A stretch of DNA of 62,587 nucleotides, counting the filler, from Antechinus flavipes (Eukaryota): the NCBI RefSeq assembly GCF_016432865.1. It is 3 parts of 2 records of this genome, joined end to end, with 100 filler letters (N's around TTAATTAATTAA, not from the genome) between each part and the next. Parts side by side here need not be neighbours in the genome. Positions count along the whole stretch, not along the records: positions 1 to 31,028 come from NC_067399.1; 2 more parts are not named here. One strand, written 5' to 3'. The notes beneath the pieces were generated by a model. That model worked only from the letters and a program-made list of their open reading frames with translations. It did not search any database and was not told the origin of the DNA. A program made the position numbers and the translations under genes. Shown here in pieces: positions 10,782 to 22,100 of the stretch (its first letter is position 1; every line of letters starts with the position of its first letter).

Positions 10782-13065
10782 CACTTCTGCCAGTTTCCTA
10801 AAGCAAATACATTAGAAAAGATCTATTGATATTTCAGACTCCTCTCACTAAACTGTGTGACATGGAGGAACAATCTTCACCATCATCACCACATGTGGGA
10901 GGCAGGAGCGTAGCAAGGGGGGCTTCCCCTGAGAGGAGCCCTGAAGAGGCTCAGAGATGGGGCAAGCTCCAGGCAGCATCCACACAGACCAGCTGCCACA
11001 CTCTGTGAGCTCTTTACCTTTTCCTGAGATGCCACAGTTCTATCTATTCACTGATTCTGGGGAATGGATTAAGCCCACTGCCTTCTCAACCCAATTCCCC
11101 ATACACATTCTCAAGTTAAAACAAAACCAAAATCAAACCTAAATACTATCATCTTTAAGTTTCTACTAGTCTCTAAAAAACTTCCCTGATATGTATAGTG
11201 CATGCAAGTCTCTTAAATAGGGGAAGTCTTCATTAGCTAAACGGTACTTGAATACTATGAGATTGCTCTGAAGTCAATTAACAAGATTTCAGGAGCAAGG
11301 ATGGCAAGACTGATGGGCCAGGACTGGGGTCTGCCTATAGTTGATTCATCTGGAAATACATTGCAATCTAACAGTGAAGCCTTTTGAAGGCTAGAAAGCC
11401 CATCTTTTCCCATTCTAAGTGAACTTTCCACTCCATATCATGCAGAGCCAATGACAGCAAGGAAGGAGAGGGAAATAAAGCTAACACTCTCCAGGAAAGA
11501 GGCAGAGGGTGAGAGCTTTGTCCGACTAGCAGCTTCTGGAAACCATATCCCTCCATTAACTTTACAAAAGACTCTGCTTAGGATGACTGGCTCATCTTAC
11601 ATGTACCTTCTTTAACAGAAGCATCAGAATACTCTTGGGAATTCAGGGAATTGGTGAAGTACCTTATGAAGCACTATATTAAAAAAAAAAAAAATTCCAA
11701 AAAGGACTTAGGTAAGGGGGAAGTAAAAAAAAATAAGGTGAAAGTTATAGAAAGTTCCAAAACGATAACCTAGTTTATACTGATGCTCAATCAAGGAGAT
11801 GGAGTTTGGGAATTATTTCTCACCTTGACTCACCTAAACAACTGAATTTCTAAATCTGGAAAATGACTTCTTCTGAGAATGCAGTAGTTTGATTCAGGGA
11901 AAGACCTAGAGATGGGAGAAGAGGAAGGAGGAGGAGGAGGCACTGAGCAATTCTCCATTCACCCTCTCTCTCTTTTGCCAAACAAGAGATCTGAGAAGTC
12001 CTTCACAATGCTATTAATTTTTGGATATCATTTATCTCTTTCCCTGGTAACTTAGTCATTTCCCCAAGGCTTAGATGCAGGGGCTTAGTACCAAGGATAC
12101 AAACTGTCCAAAAAAACTAAATTCCTCTCTTCATCAGTTATTCATCCATTCTGGATGAATGCCCCAAAATAACTTGTAAAAGATGGCTTTCTTATAGCTA
12201 GACAGGAGAATGGATGGCTGTATTTATGTGAGCCTAAGCAGCTTCAGAAAAGTAACTAAGTATGCAGGTTTGATTACAATCCCTTACTTCCCAAGGTCTG
12301 ACAGGCCTCTTTTTCCTTAGCCCACTAGAGGAAGAACAAAAAAACAAAAACAAAAACAAAAAACATTTCACTTCCTGGGCCACAGAATATACAATTGGTA
12401 CATATCATACAAGAAGATGACAGATAAGGGGCAAGAACAGACCCACAGACTAGTGCAATTGGGAGCAATGATTCTTCTAAAATTCGAGGTGAGTCAATTA
12501 CCAAAACACAAAATGGGGGAGACACCCATCGCCCTCCTGGAGTCCACACTGGTTTGCGTTTGTGGCTTACTGTGTCCAAAACAATTCTGCCATCTTTTCG
12601 GGAGAAGGAGAAGAATCATTTACTCCATAGTGGTAGATACCTGTGACACGAATGCCTTTTCCTCAAACAGTTTTTTCTTTCTTCCTATTAAGATTCCCCC
12701 AAAGATCCCAATAACAGGCCAAGGGGAAAGATTGACAAAATCCAAGTGTCTGAGAATGACATAATACTGATTTTTTTTTTTTTTTGAGGTGGGGAGAAGA
12801 GGGGGTAACAGTTCATAAAATGTGTATCCTCTCCTGAGATACAGTGAATGAGGAAGGAGAAGAGAAGGAAGAACGGTGGATGGGGACACTGTACCACAAT
12901 CATGCAGCTTTTGCTGTACAGATGAACAAGAACATACACACACATTGTTGGTGCTTGTTCTAAGCACCTGCAGACAGTTTCCAGGGAAGCCCATGGCCCA
13001 TTAGAATGATGTCAGTTCGGTTCTTTCTATAGCGTCCCCTGGGCTCTCAACCTCAGCTTTGGGAT

Positions 13066-13194
13066 TTAGCCTTCATCCTCTCTCAATTCTGTGGGGAGGA
13101 ATTTGTACTGCTGCTGGCGGATCTGAGCCAGTTTTTTCCTTGCTTCTTCTAGTTCTCGTTCTTTCTTCAGCATTTCTTCTTGGGCAGCAATGAT
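13066..13194 (-). CDS. TLN2: Talin-2, last coding exon (dimerisation helix): IIAAQEEMLKKERELEEARKKLAQIRQQQYKFLPTELREDEG*
   Basis: Acceptor ttttcttctag, 129 nt, TAA stop; the C-terminus FLPTELREDEG matches TLN2 rather than TLN1 (FLPSELRDEH). Confidence 0.97.
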   Translation of the reverse strand: MIAAQEEMLKKERELEEARKKLAQIRQQQYKFLPTELREDEG

Positions 13195-14147
13195 CTAGAA
13201 GAAAAGCAATAAGGCTTGATGGGCTCGAAGGAGGTATGGGTGCATCCCTGCTACTTTTTCTTTGCTCATCGTCTTCCTTTCCCCCTCTCTTTCTTGCCAA
13301 GCAGAGGGCAGAGCAGTCCTTCACGATGCTATTTAATTTTGGCTACTAGTTATTCCTTTCCCTGCCAACTTTGTCATTTTCCCAAGGCTTAGATGGAGGG
13401 GTTTAGTACCAGGGACATGAACTATCCAAGAAAATTAAATTCCTCTCTTCAGCAGTTATTCAAATACCTACCCCTGATAAATCTGGTATCCTTTCAAGTC
13501 TGAAGAGAGAGAAAGAGGAAGGTAGGGAGGGAGGGAGGAAAAAAAGGAGGAAAGAAGGGAGAAAGGAAGGAAGGAAGGAAATGAGGGAAGGAGAAAGGGA
13601 GGGAGTAAAGAAGGGAGAGAAGAAAGGAGGGAGTGTGATCTAGTCAAACTGACTTCCTATTTCTCACTCTGGACACTCCATTTCCCAGCTCCCTGCTTTT
13701 CCTCTGGCTGTTCCCCATGTCTGGAAGGCACACTCTTATCCTACAGAATACTTTTCTTCCTTCAAAATTCAGCTCAAGTATCATTTTCTAGAAGTTTTTT
13801 CCCTATTCATCTATCCTGCACCCTTCATCCCAAACTACCTTCTATATAACCACTTTGTATTTATTTGTGTTTATTCTCTTTTTATTCACTTATATTTATG
13901 CAGCTCTCTCAAAAGCCTTAGTAAATGTTAAATTACCAAAATTTAAAAATACTCTCTATTATGTGTCCATTGTCTTTACCATTTGAATGTAACCTTGTGA
14001 TAATAAGGATGCTTTCTTTCTTTGTATTTGTATCCTAGAACTTAGAGGGTCCTTAAAAATGTTTATTGGTTGACTGACTGACCCTTAGCAGACACTGTGG
14101 GAGCCATGGTGAGAGGGTGTGCCAAATCTTAGTCCCTGAGTATTCAC

Positions 14148-14273
14148 CTGAGCAATGCCGCCCACAAACTTTGTCTTCACCACTACATCATCATCATCAG
14201 CTTTGCCAAAGGCTGCTTTCTGTGCTGCACGAACGAGATTGTCAGATGCTCTTTTCACAGCATTTCCTGCAGC
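14148..14273 (-). CDS. TLN2: Talin-2 penultimate exon: AAGNAVKRASDNLVRAAQKAAFGKADDDDVVVKTKFVGGIAQ
   Basis: AG/GT boundaries (ctctag...CAG|GTGAAT), 126 nt, phase 0-0. Confidence 0.97.
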
Positions 14274-15875
14274 CTAGAGTGAGAGCAAAAAATAAGTCCT
14301 ATCGTTAAAGATTAGACAAAACAGAATTTCAGAAATCATCAAAGATGAAGGATTCAGACTTGGGAAGTGCCAGAGTGAAGTAAACAGAACAAAGAAAACA
14401 ATATTGATCATTTTAACACTGTTAGTGGAAATAATTAAACATAATGACTAATTGGTTTCAGAGAAAAGTTGAGAAAAAATTTATGTCCCTCCCTTTACTA
14501 AAAAAGATAGAAGGATATGAATGTGGAATATTGTGATGACCTCGTATTTTAAAATCAGCCGGAGGTAGGAATTCAGGTTAGGGGAAAATCGTCGTTCTTT
14601 ATTCTTAATAGAGGTGAAGAAGGATCGAAGGTAAAGGGGAATCAGAAATGAAAGGGGATCAGAGGTGAAGGGGGGTCCTGATAGCAATGTGAGCAGCTGT
14701 GTCAAGAAGCCAGCCAGCAGTCTCTCTTTCTGTTTCCTTCTCTGCCCCCCTGCCTCCACCTACCAAAATCGTCATTTCCCATACAACACATCAGGACTTG
14801 CACAAAGAGTGGGCGGGGGCCATTCTTTCTCCAAGCATATATATTAATAGAGTATGGTCCAATTACTATTTAGCCTCACGTGCTTGGGGCCTCAGCCCAT
14901 TACAGAATATTGCTTATGATGTCAAACAATGTCACTGTATTTCTTTTGCTGACCTCCAATCCCACCCACCTCTCTTTTGATGTCCCTGCCCTTTCTTTTT
15001 AAATCTTGGTTTAAAAAGTTAAAGTGGCTGTGATTTAAAAACAAAAAGTTAAAATTTAAAAGATGAAACCAAATTAATCAAACAACTAATCTTAAATAGC
15101 AAGCATTTCTTTAGGGACTATAAGGTGCCAAGCACTGAAGAAATCATCAAAGACACATATCACAGAATCAAAGATGGAAGGAAACTTAGAGGTCATCTAC
15201 CTCAAAGTCCTTGTTTTAAAAATGAGTATCCAAGAGAAGTCAAGAGACCTAAGTCATACTTACAGAGATAGCAAGGAGCAGAGCTGGGATTTGTTTTTCA
15301 AAGCATTTTTTCCTAGCATTCTTTCTTTCTTAAAAAAAATTAAATAGTGTATTTTTGTATTGTCTACATTTCCCTTGGTATCCTTCTCAACTTTGATGGA
15401 ATATAGATTCCTGGCAGGCAGAAGGGAGCAGTAGAAAGAATGCTAAACTTCATGGGAGCAAAGAACTGGAAATAAGATAGATGCCGATCAATTGAGGAAT
15501 GGCTAAAAAAAAAGTTGTGGTATCTGAATGGAATGGAATATTACTGGGCAGAAAAAAACAAATATAAGAACTACAGAGAAAAAGAACTACATGAACTGAT
15601 TTTTAAAAATATTTTTTGTTATAAGGGATGGTTCTTTGAGGAGAATATGGGGAAGGATATTTATATATATAAAATATACTGAGATAATTATAGCTTAGCA
15701 CAGGGCCTGGCACAGAAGAAGCATTATACATAAGTGTTAGCTGTTGATAAAGGATGACTATTATCGCTGACTGAACGACTGATTAATTTTTAAGCTTGCC
15801 TAGCCGGGTGTTGCGCCCACACGCGGTCCGGGAGCGTTCCCCACGCTCCCCCCGCGCCCCGGCACGAGGCCCTAC

Positions 15876-16058
15876 CTGCAGTCTCCGCATGGCCTCTGAA
15901 TCCTGGTCGGCCTTCACCTTGCAGGCCACCAGCAGCTGGGCCGTGGAAGCCGCCACCTGCTTGGCGGAGGAGATCAGCTTCTCCTCGCTGGCGTGGCCCT
16001 GCACGGAGGCGTTGGCGGCTTCACACAGGCTGCTGGTCGCCGCCGCCACCATCCTCGC
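15876..16058 (-). CDS. TLN2: Talin-2 exon (I/LWEQ actin-binding domain): ARMVAAATSSLCEAANASVQGHASEEKLISSAKQVAASTAQLLVACKVKADQDSEAMRRLQ
   Basis: tttgcag acceptor, CAG|GTAGG donor, 183 nt; core also visible in ORF 15783..16175. Confidence 0.97.
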
Positions 16059-16150
16059 CTGCAAATGGCCAAGAGACAAAGAGTGAGGGAACGCTCTGAC
16101 TTTCCTCCGAGAGCTCAGAAAGCCGAGAGAGAGCAGAAGCAACAACTCAC

Positions 16151-16213
16151 AGCGGAGATCAGTCCCTGAGACCACTGTCCATCGTCGGCAGCATTTGCGG
16201 GGATCGCGCCAAC
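16151..16213 (-). CDS. TLN2: Talin-2 exon: VGAIPANAADDGQWSQGLISA
   Basis: ctcctttag acceptor, GCT|GTGAGT donor, 63 nt; contains the GQWSQGLISA motif. Confidence 0.96.
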
Positions 16214-17050
16214 CTAAAGGAGAGATTCAGAGGGATTACGCGAGAAAGGTCAATGCCCCCCTCCCCTGCCAGCTACTTGTAGACCCCGGCCTTCTTCTCA
16301 GTCTGAGACAAGAGCAAGCTCATTTACTATCGCCCGCGACCCACCCCCCAGAAATACGAGGGCAGAACGCCCTTCACTCAGGACTCCGGACACCTTGTGA
16401 AGGGCTACCCAGGCAGGTGCTACCAGTGGGGCCAGGCGGAGCAGAGAACACTTCAGAATGACCTCATTTTAGTCGCCAGACACCAAGCTTTCCAAGAACA
16501 GTCAGGGAACAATAGGGAGGGACGGCCTTTTATACCATTTACTTCCTCTGACAACCCCTCTCTACTTGAAATGTGGATGTACAGAGTCCACGTATTCAAG
16601 GCATGAGGGAAACAGAACTCTCCCCCCATTACTGGGCTCTGGAAGTGGCAGTGTGACTTTCTAGCACATGTCCCGGTAGAAAAGCCGTTTATCTTAATTG
16701 TTCACAAACTCCTATGATTCTTCGTCCTTAAGAAATTCGGGCTGTTTAGTCAGGGGAAGAAAAGCCTGAAGACAGCTCATTTCTGTAACAAGAGGCACAA
16801 CCACCAGGGGCCTGTTACAAGGTTTGGGGGAAATATTTTCCTTCTAGGCAAGTCCACTGAAGGTGAGTGGCAATAGAAAGAACTGCATTTCAACTTCTGG
16901 TTCATGTCTAGAAATACAGAGGGGCTGGACCTCGGTGAATTGTCAAAGCAAACCTCTAGGAGAAATTGCAAATGGGATCATAGGGAGATTTTTTTTTTTT
17001 AACTTTTTAATTCCAAAACATGCATAGGCAGTTTTCAACATTCACCCTTG

Positions 17051-17364
17051 GGAAACGAATGTGAACTATTTGCATTTTTGTTTTTCTCTCCAAGTTGTTT
17101 TTACCTTCTGAATCCAATTCTCCCTGTGCAACAAGAGAACTGTTCGGTTCTGCAAACATATACTGTATCTAGGATATACTGCAACATATTCAACATATAT
17201 AGGACTGCTTGCCATCTAGGGGAGGGGGTGGAGGGAGGAAGGGGAAAAATCGGAACAGAAGCGAGTGCAAGGGATAATGTTGTAAAAAAAATTACCCTGG
17301 CATGGATTCTGTCATGGATTCTGTCAATATAAAGTTATTATAAAATAAAATATTAATTAAAAAA
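17051..17364 (+). mobile_element. Young, severely 5'-truncated L1 3' UTR inserted in an older minus-strand L1 (about 16990-17460)
   Basis: Closely matches the 3' UTR of the L1 at 52394-53084; A-rich tail; imperfect duplication aacattcacccttg (17037-17050) / aaccattcatccttg (17365-17379). Confidence 0.75.
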
Positions 17365-18344
17365 AACCATTCATCCTTGCAAAAATAAATGCGTTCTAAT
17401 TTTTTCTCTCCCTCTTTTCTCCCCACCTCTCCCCCTAGATGGCAAACAGTCCAATACAGATTATGGGAATCTTTAAAGTAATTTCAGACTTAAACACTAG
17501 AGGGCATTGCATGGAATTGCAATTTAGAAAAAAAGGAAGCTGCATTCCATATACACACATTTCTAATGAGATTTTCATTTATTTGTTTTTTTAATTATAT
17601 TATTCTTCAGTGGCTTTGAAAGGTGGGTAGGATTTGGATAGGTAGAATCATATATCTAAATTATACATTTTTAGACTATAATTTTTTTTAGCAGGATATA
17701 ATTATTAAGTAATATTATTATTATCTTTTTTGGACAGGACTTGTGATTTCATTTTTACATTTTTACGGGAAACTCTCAAAGATAACTGGCAATTTCTCTG
17801 CAATTGACACTCTCAGTCACCTAGACCCATTCACTCATCTGAGATAGGAGAAACATGTAATACAGGAGTGATGTGTTCAAAGTCAGAGTCAAGGTCAAGG
17901 CCAAACCTGAACTCAGGTTCTGAGTTGCCAGGTTGGGAGGGGGAGGGGGAAGCACTGAGAAGGAAATGTCTTTCCCAGGGTGATACAGCCACTGTGTTAA
18001 AAGGCAGGGTGTGACTGAGGTCTTCTTGACCCTAAGGTCAGCTCTCTAAACTCTATCCTACCCTAAATTGTCATGCAAGGGACCCTGCATCATACTGATG
18101 GAGGGAATACTAAAAGTTATTTAATCCATCCCCCTCTTTAGACAGTTGATGAAACTGAGTCTTCTCAAATAAAACAAACAGCACCCCCAAAAACCCTGCC
18201 ATGAAGCTGAATTTGAAGAGATGACAGAACTATTAGTCCTTAGGGAACCTCATCAAAGGAGAACTAAAAACTACTATTTTGTGCTGAGACAAAAGGGAAT
18301 GGGTAATTTACAGGTGAATCACATATAAGACAATTGATATTTAG

Positions 18345-18512
18345 ACAATTTACTAGCTGTGTGACTCTGGGCAAGTCATTTAACCCTCAGTTGCCTCAGT
18401 TCCCCCAACTGTAAAATGAACTGGAGAAGGAAATGGCAAACCGCTCCAGTATCTTTGCCAAGAAAACACTACATAAGGTCACGAGAGTCAGAGATGACTG
18501 AAAAACAACTGA
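18345..18512 (+). mobile_element. MIR-core SINE with RTE-derived tail (MAR1/WALLSI-like)
   Basis: ctagctgtgtgactctgggcaagtcatttaac core followed by ctggagaaggaaatggcaaaccgctccagtatctttgccaagaaaac. Confidence 0.75.
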
Positions 18513-18983
18513 ACTCAGAAGAAAACTATCCACATAAAGTTTGTCATTTATTCTGTAGGATTTAAATGTTAAAAGAATGAATGATACCGCTTGGAAGTGA
18601 GAGTAGGACAAATGGCTTTTTGACTTGCACTGGCTCCCTCGCTCTGGTGCTTATAGAGTCAGCCACTCACAAAGGAAAAAAAACACTGTTTATGATTCAA
18701 ATAGTTGAGTGGTACAGTGGGGATATACAGGACCTGTCTTTCTATTCTAAAGTGGAATGCCTCCCTTAATGAGGAGCAGCTGGAAGACCTGGAAGCCAAA
18801 CACTTAATTATGCTTGTCAGGTTTACGTAAACAGAGTTTTCGGCCAACCTCCATCAGGGCTGGCGCTTCAGTAAGTGAAGCTGAGACGTCTGACTCCTTG
18901 GGCTCCTGCCCTCAGTCACTTGGGCCCTGTCTCCAGATGCTTTCCTCAGCTTTCCAGCCCTTGCCCGCGAGGGGCTTACTCAC

Positions 18984-19109
18984 CTTCCCCTGGGCCACCA
19001 GCTCTCTCTGGGCCGCCGATGCCGACTTGACGAGAGCACTCGTGGCTGCTGCGATGGATTTGGCTGCTTCTAAGATCTGTTCTTCAAAATCCAGAGTCTC
19101 ATCTGCTTG
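18984..19109 (-). CDS. TLN2: Talin-2 exon: QADETLDFEEQILEAAKSIAAATSALVKSASAAQRELVAQGK
   Basis: cttttaattatag acceptor, AAG|GTGAGT donor, 126 nt. Confidence 0.97.
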
Positions 19110-22100
19110 CTATAATTAAAAGAGAACACCGTCATATGTAATTCATATGCAAGAGGGGCTGTTCCATGCTCCCTTTTACATTACTGGGCTTTATCATTGG
19201 TAGACTAGAGACCCTTAAGTTCTCTGCCATCTGGATTGCGCGCATCTGTACAAAAACAGTCAGCACTGACCCCTGGCAGGTCCTGCCAGATCTCAAAGGT
19301 GGGCAGATTTCTAAAAGCCACATTTCCTTGTCTGAATCTGTAACAGAAAGCACAGAATCACCCTGCATAATATCATTCGCGTGCCTGCTTTTCCACTAAG
19401 AAGCTACATGAGTTCTGGGGTGGAATAGGAGGGCCATATTCCTGTGATTCTCCTCTCACTAGGGCCCAGAATAAGGGAAGGATGGCTATCTTCCATGTTG
19501 TACTGTGAAAAGGAAAAACAAAGTATTTGTCTGATTTGTCCAAGGGTGAGCGTCCCCCCCACACACTGTAAAAACAGCTCGTGGCAGGGACACGATCCAG
19601 AGTGCTGAAAACCTTTCCAAATGTGCTTCGGAGCACAAGCTCCCCACTAGCAAGAAGCTGGGCCGAGGGATATGTCACTTGAAACACAAGGTCAATGTCA
19701 TCTTCAGTCGTTTAATTTTTGTGCTCTGATGCTAGACGTAGCTTTACTGTGTCACCCAACAAGACAGGGGCAAGCTGTTCCAGTTCAATGACATAGTATC
19801 CTGGGGGCTGAAGGTATGGCGGACACCTGACCAGGGGGAGGTCAAGAATCCTTGCCAAAGGCCTCATGTGGTCGGTTGGGAGACTTGGGTCAATCCCTAA
19901 AGTCAGACTTGCATATAAATCAAACCATAATCGAGGATATCAACATTAATATAAATGTTCTGAATCTGGCAAAAAAATCCAATTTTTGTTTTTTACAACA
20001 TAATAAAAGGGAATTTCAAAGCAAAACAAATCCTTAAAGAGGTAGGGGCACTTCTAAGAATCAGGGGAAGGATTGGGCGTGAGGCTACTTGTTTTGTTCT
20101 TATCCTGAAATTCTGCTAGCTGAGTGTGACTCCAGTGTGGAATTCAGATGAAGGGGGATACAACTTGGATTCTCATCCAGTAAGTGGATCAAAATAGGAT
20201 CAAAATGTTATTTACAAAGGACTTTACAAAAAAAGGGATAATATTATCAAAGTCCTACTACATAAAGAATAATCACTGAGGTTAAAGAGTTTTCTTTTTC
20301 TTTTTCTTTCTTTCTTTTTCTTTTTTTTTTTTTTGGTGATTTGGAAATTCATCTATTGAGAGAATTGTGTGTTTCAGAACATTCTGATTCTGGGAAGTCT
20401 AGGGAATATGGGATCTGGAAAGGATCTTATGTGATCATCTAGACCCATTCACTCATTTGGAATGGGAGAAACATGTGATACAGAAGGAATGATGTGTTCA
20501 AAGTCAGAGGTCAAGATCAAAGCCAGACCTGGAACTCAGGCTCCTAGCTGGCTATATTACTATATTACTTAAGAGAAGAGCAGTAGAGCATTTGCTCAGT
20601 AGAGTTCTCATTTTCTTAAGCTATGAATTGTTTAACCAAATGATAAATTCATCCAACTTAACATTCTTTAGGCATTCTTAAATGTTATTTCTAGTACAAA
20701 TGGGGTATAGTATTAGCTTCTAGTAGAAAATGGAGAAGTGCAATTTTGCCAAGTCTTGGTGAATTCAGCAAATTAAGCAAACATCAAATCTTATTAAATA
20801 GAAAACTTTAAGAGACCCTCCAACTTCTTTTGTTGCTCTGGAATTTTATGTCACTAAATAATGCTTGAAATATATTCTTCTGCCTGGGGAATTAGGAATC
20901 TTTTGATACACTGAAATTTTGGTTGCCAATAATGTATGTTATCATGCTATTTGGCCAGTACTTATTTTATTCCCAACAGTACATATTCTATAGCTCAAAG
21001 CTATTTTGAAAAGATAATTTGTAGAAAGCCATTGGTGTTATTATTCTCACTCTCCTAAGAAGGGTTTCAAATGGACGGTTTGATAGTCAAATAGAATATA
21101 TAGGATAGAAGATAATTATACATTAAACATGCATAAAGCTTGTACTGTTTCTACTTCTGCATCTGCCTGGAAGCCAGTTTTATTAGTTAAATCCAAACCT
21201 ACTTTGCTGAAAGCACACATCAATGAGAGGGCACTTAGGTCTCTTATATGGTGTATGATACCTTGCTTAAAGGCGACATGAGCTCTCCCAAAGCCAGCAT
21301 GAACTGCTTCTCGACTTTTTATACTTATTGGGATTGCATGCAGGGCTTAAAAAAAAAAAAACATTTAAATGGGATAACCTATTTAAAGTTGGCACTGTGG
21401 TATAGTGGATAATGATGGTCTCAACATCAAGATCTGGCTTCCATTCTCATCTCTGACATATACTGACTGTATGATCTTGGACAAGTCATTTAACTTTTCA
21501 ATATCCTGGGCAACATCTAAGAGTATGAGCTCTGATAAGCATGGGAGCATTACTATGCCAACAGTTCCACCCCTTATTTCTATCCCTAACTGATTAAAAA
21601 ACTATTCATTCACCACATGAGCCATGAGAAGTCATGAATATGAGGAAGTTAGAGAAATATGGGAAGAGTTGTATGAAGTGATGCAAAATGAAGAACTGAG
21701 AGAACAATATGCAGAATCATTAGAATAATGTATGTAGCATTAAAAAGCAGTTGGATTCTGATAAAGTGCAATGAACTATCTCTGGCTTACTGAACCGACA
21801 AAGAAATACACATTTGTCCTTTTGTTAAGAGAGCTGGGACTACAGATGTGGGAATAAGCTGTCAGACCAGTCTGTCTTGTTGTCAGTTAATTTTGCTTAA
21901 AAATTTTTCTTTGTTACAAGGAAGGGCTTGAGGGCAGTGGGGGAGGTAGAGAAATTCAGGGAAAATAACTAATATATATTTTTAAAGACATAACAAAGTA
22001 AATTAGATTAGAATCTTGTATGATCTATGTTCCCTCCCCCCCAATATCATTAATGATCAAGCCTGGTTTTTTGTAAATCTATAATCATTTCAGATGACTT

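Noticed and set aside
12400-12407. ACATATCA on the plus strand as a second miR-190 site
   Set aside because: Wrong orientation: the TLN2 mRNA reads TGATATGT here
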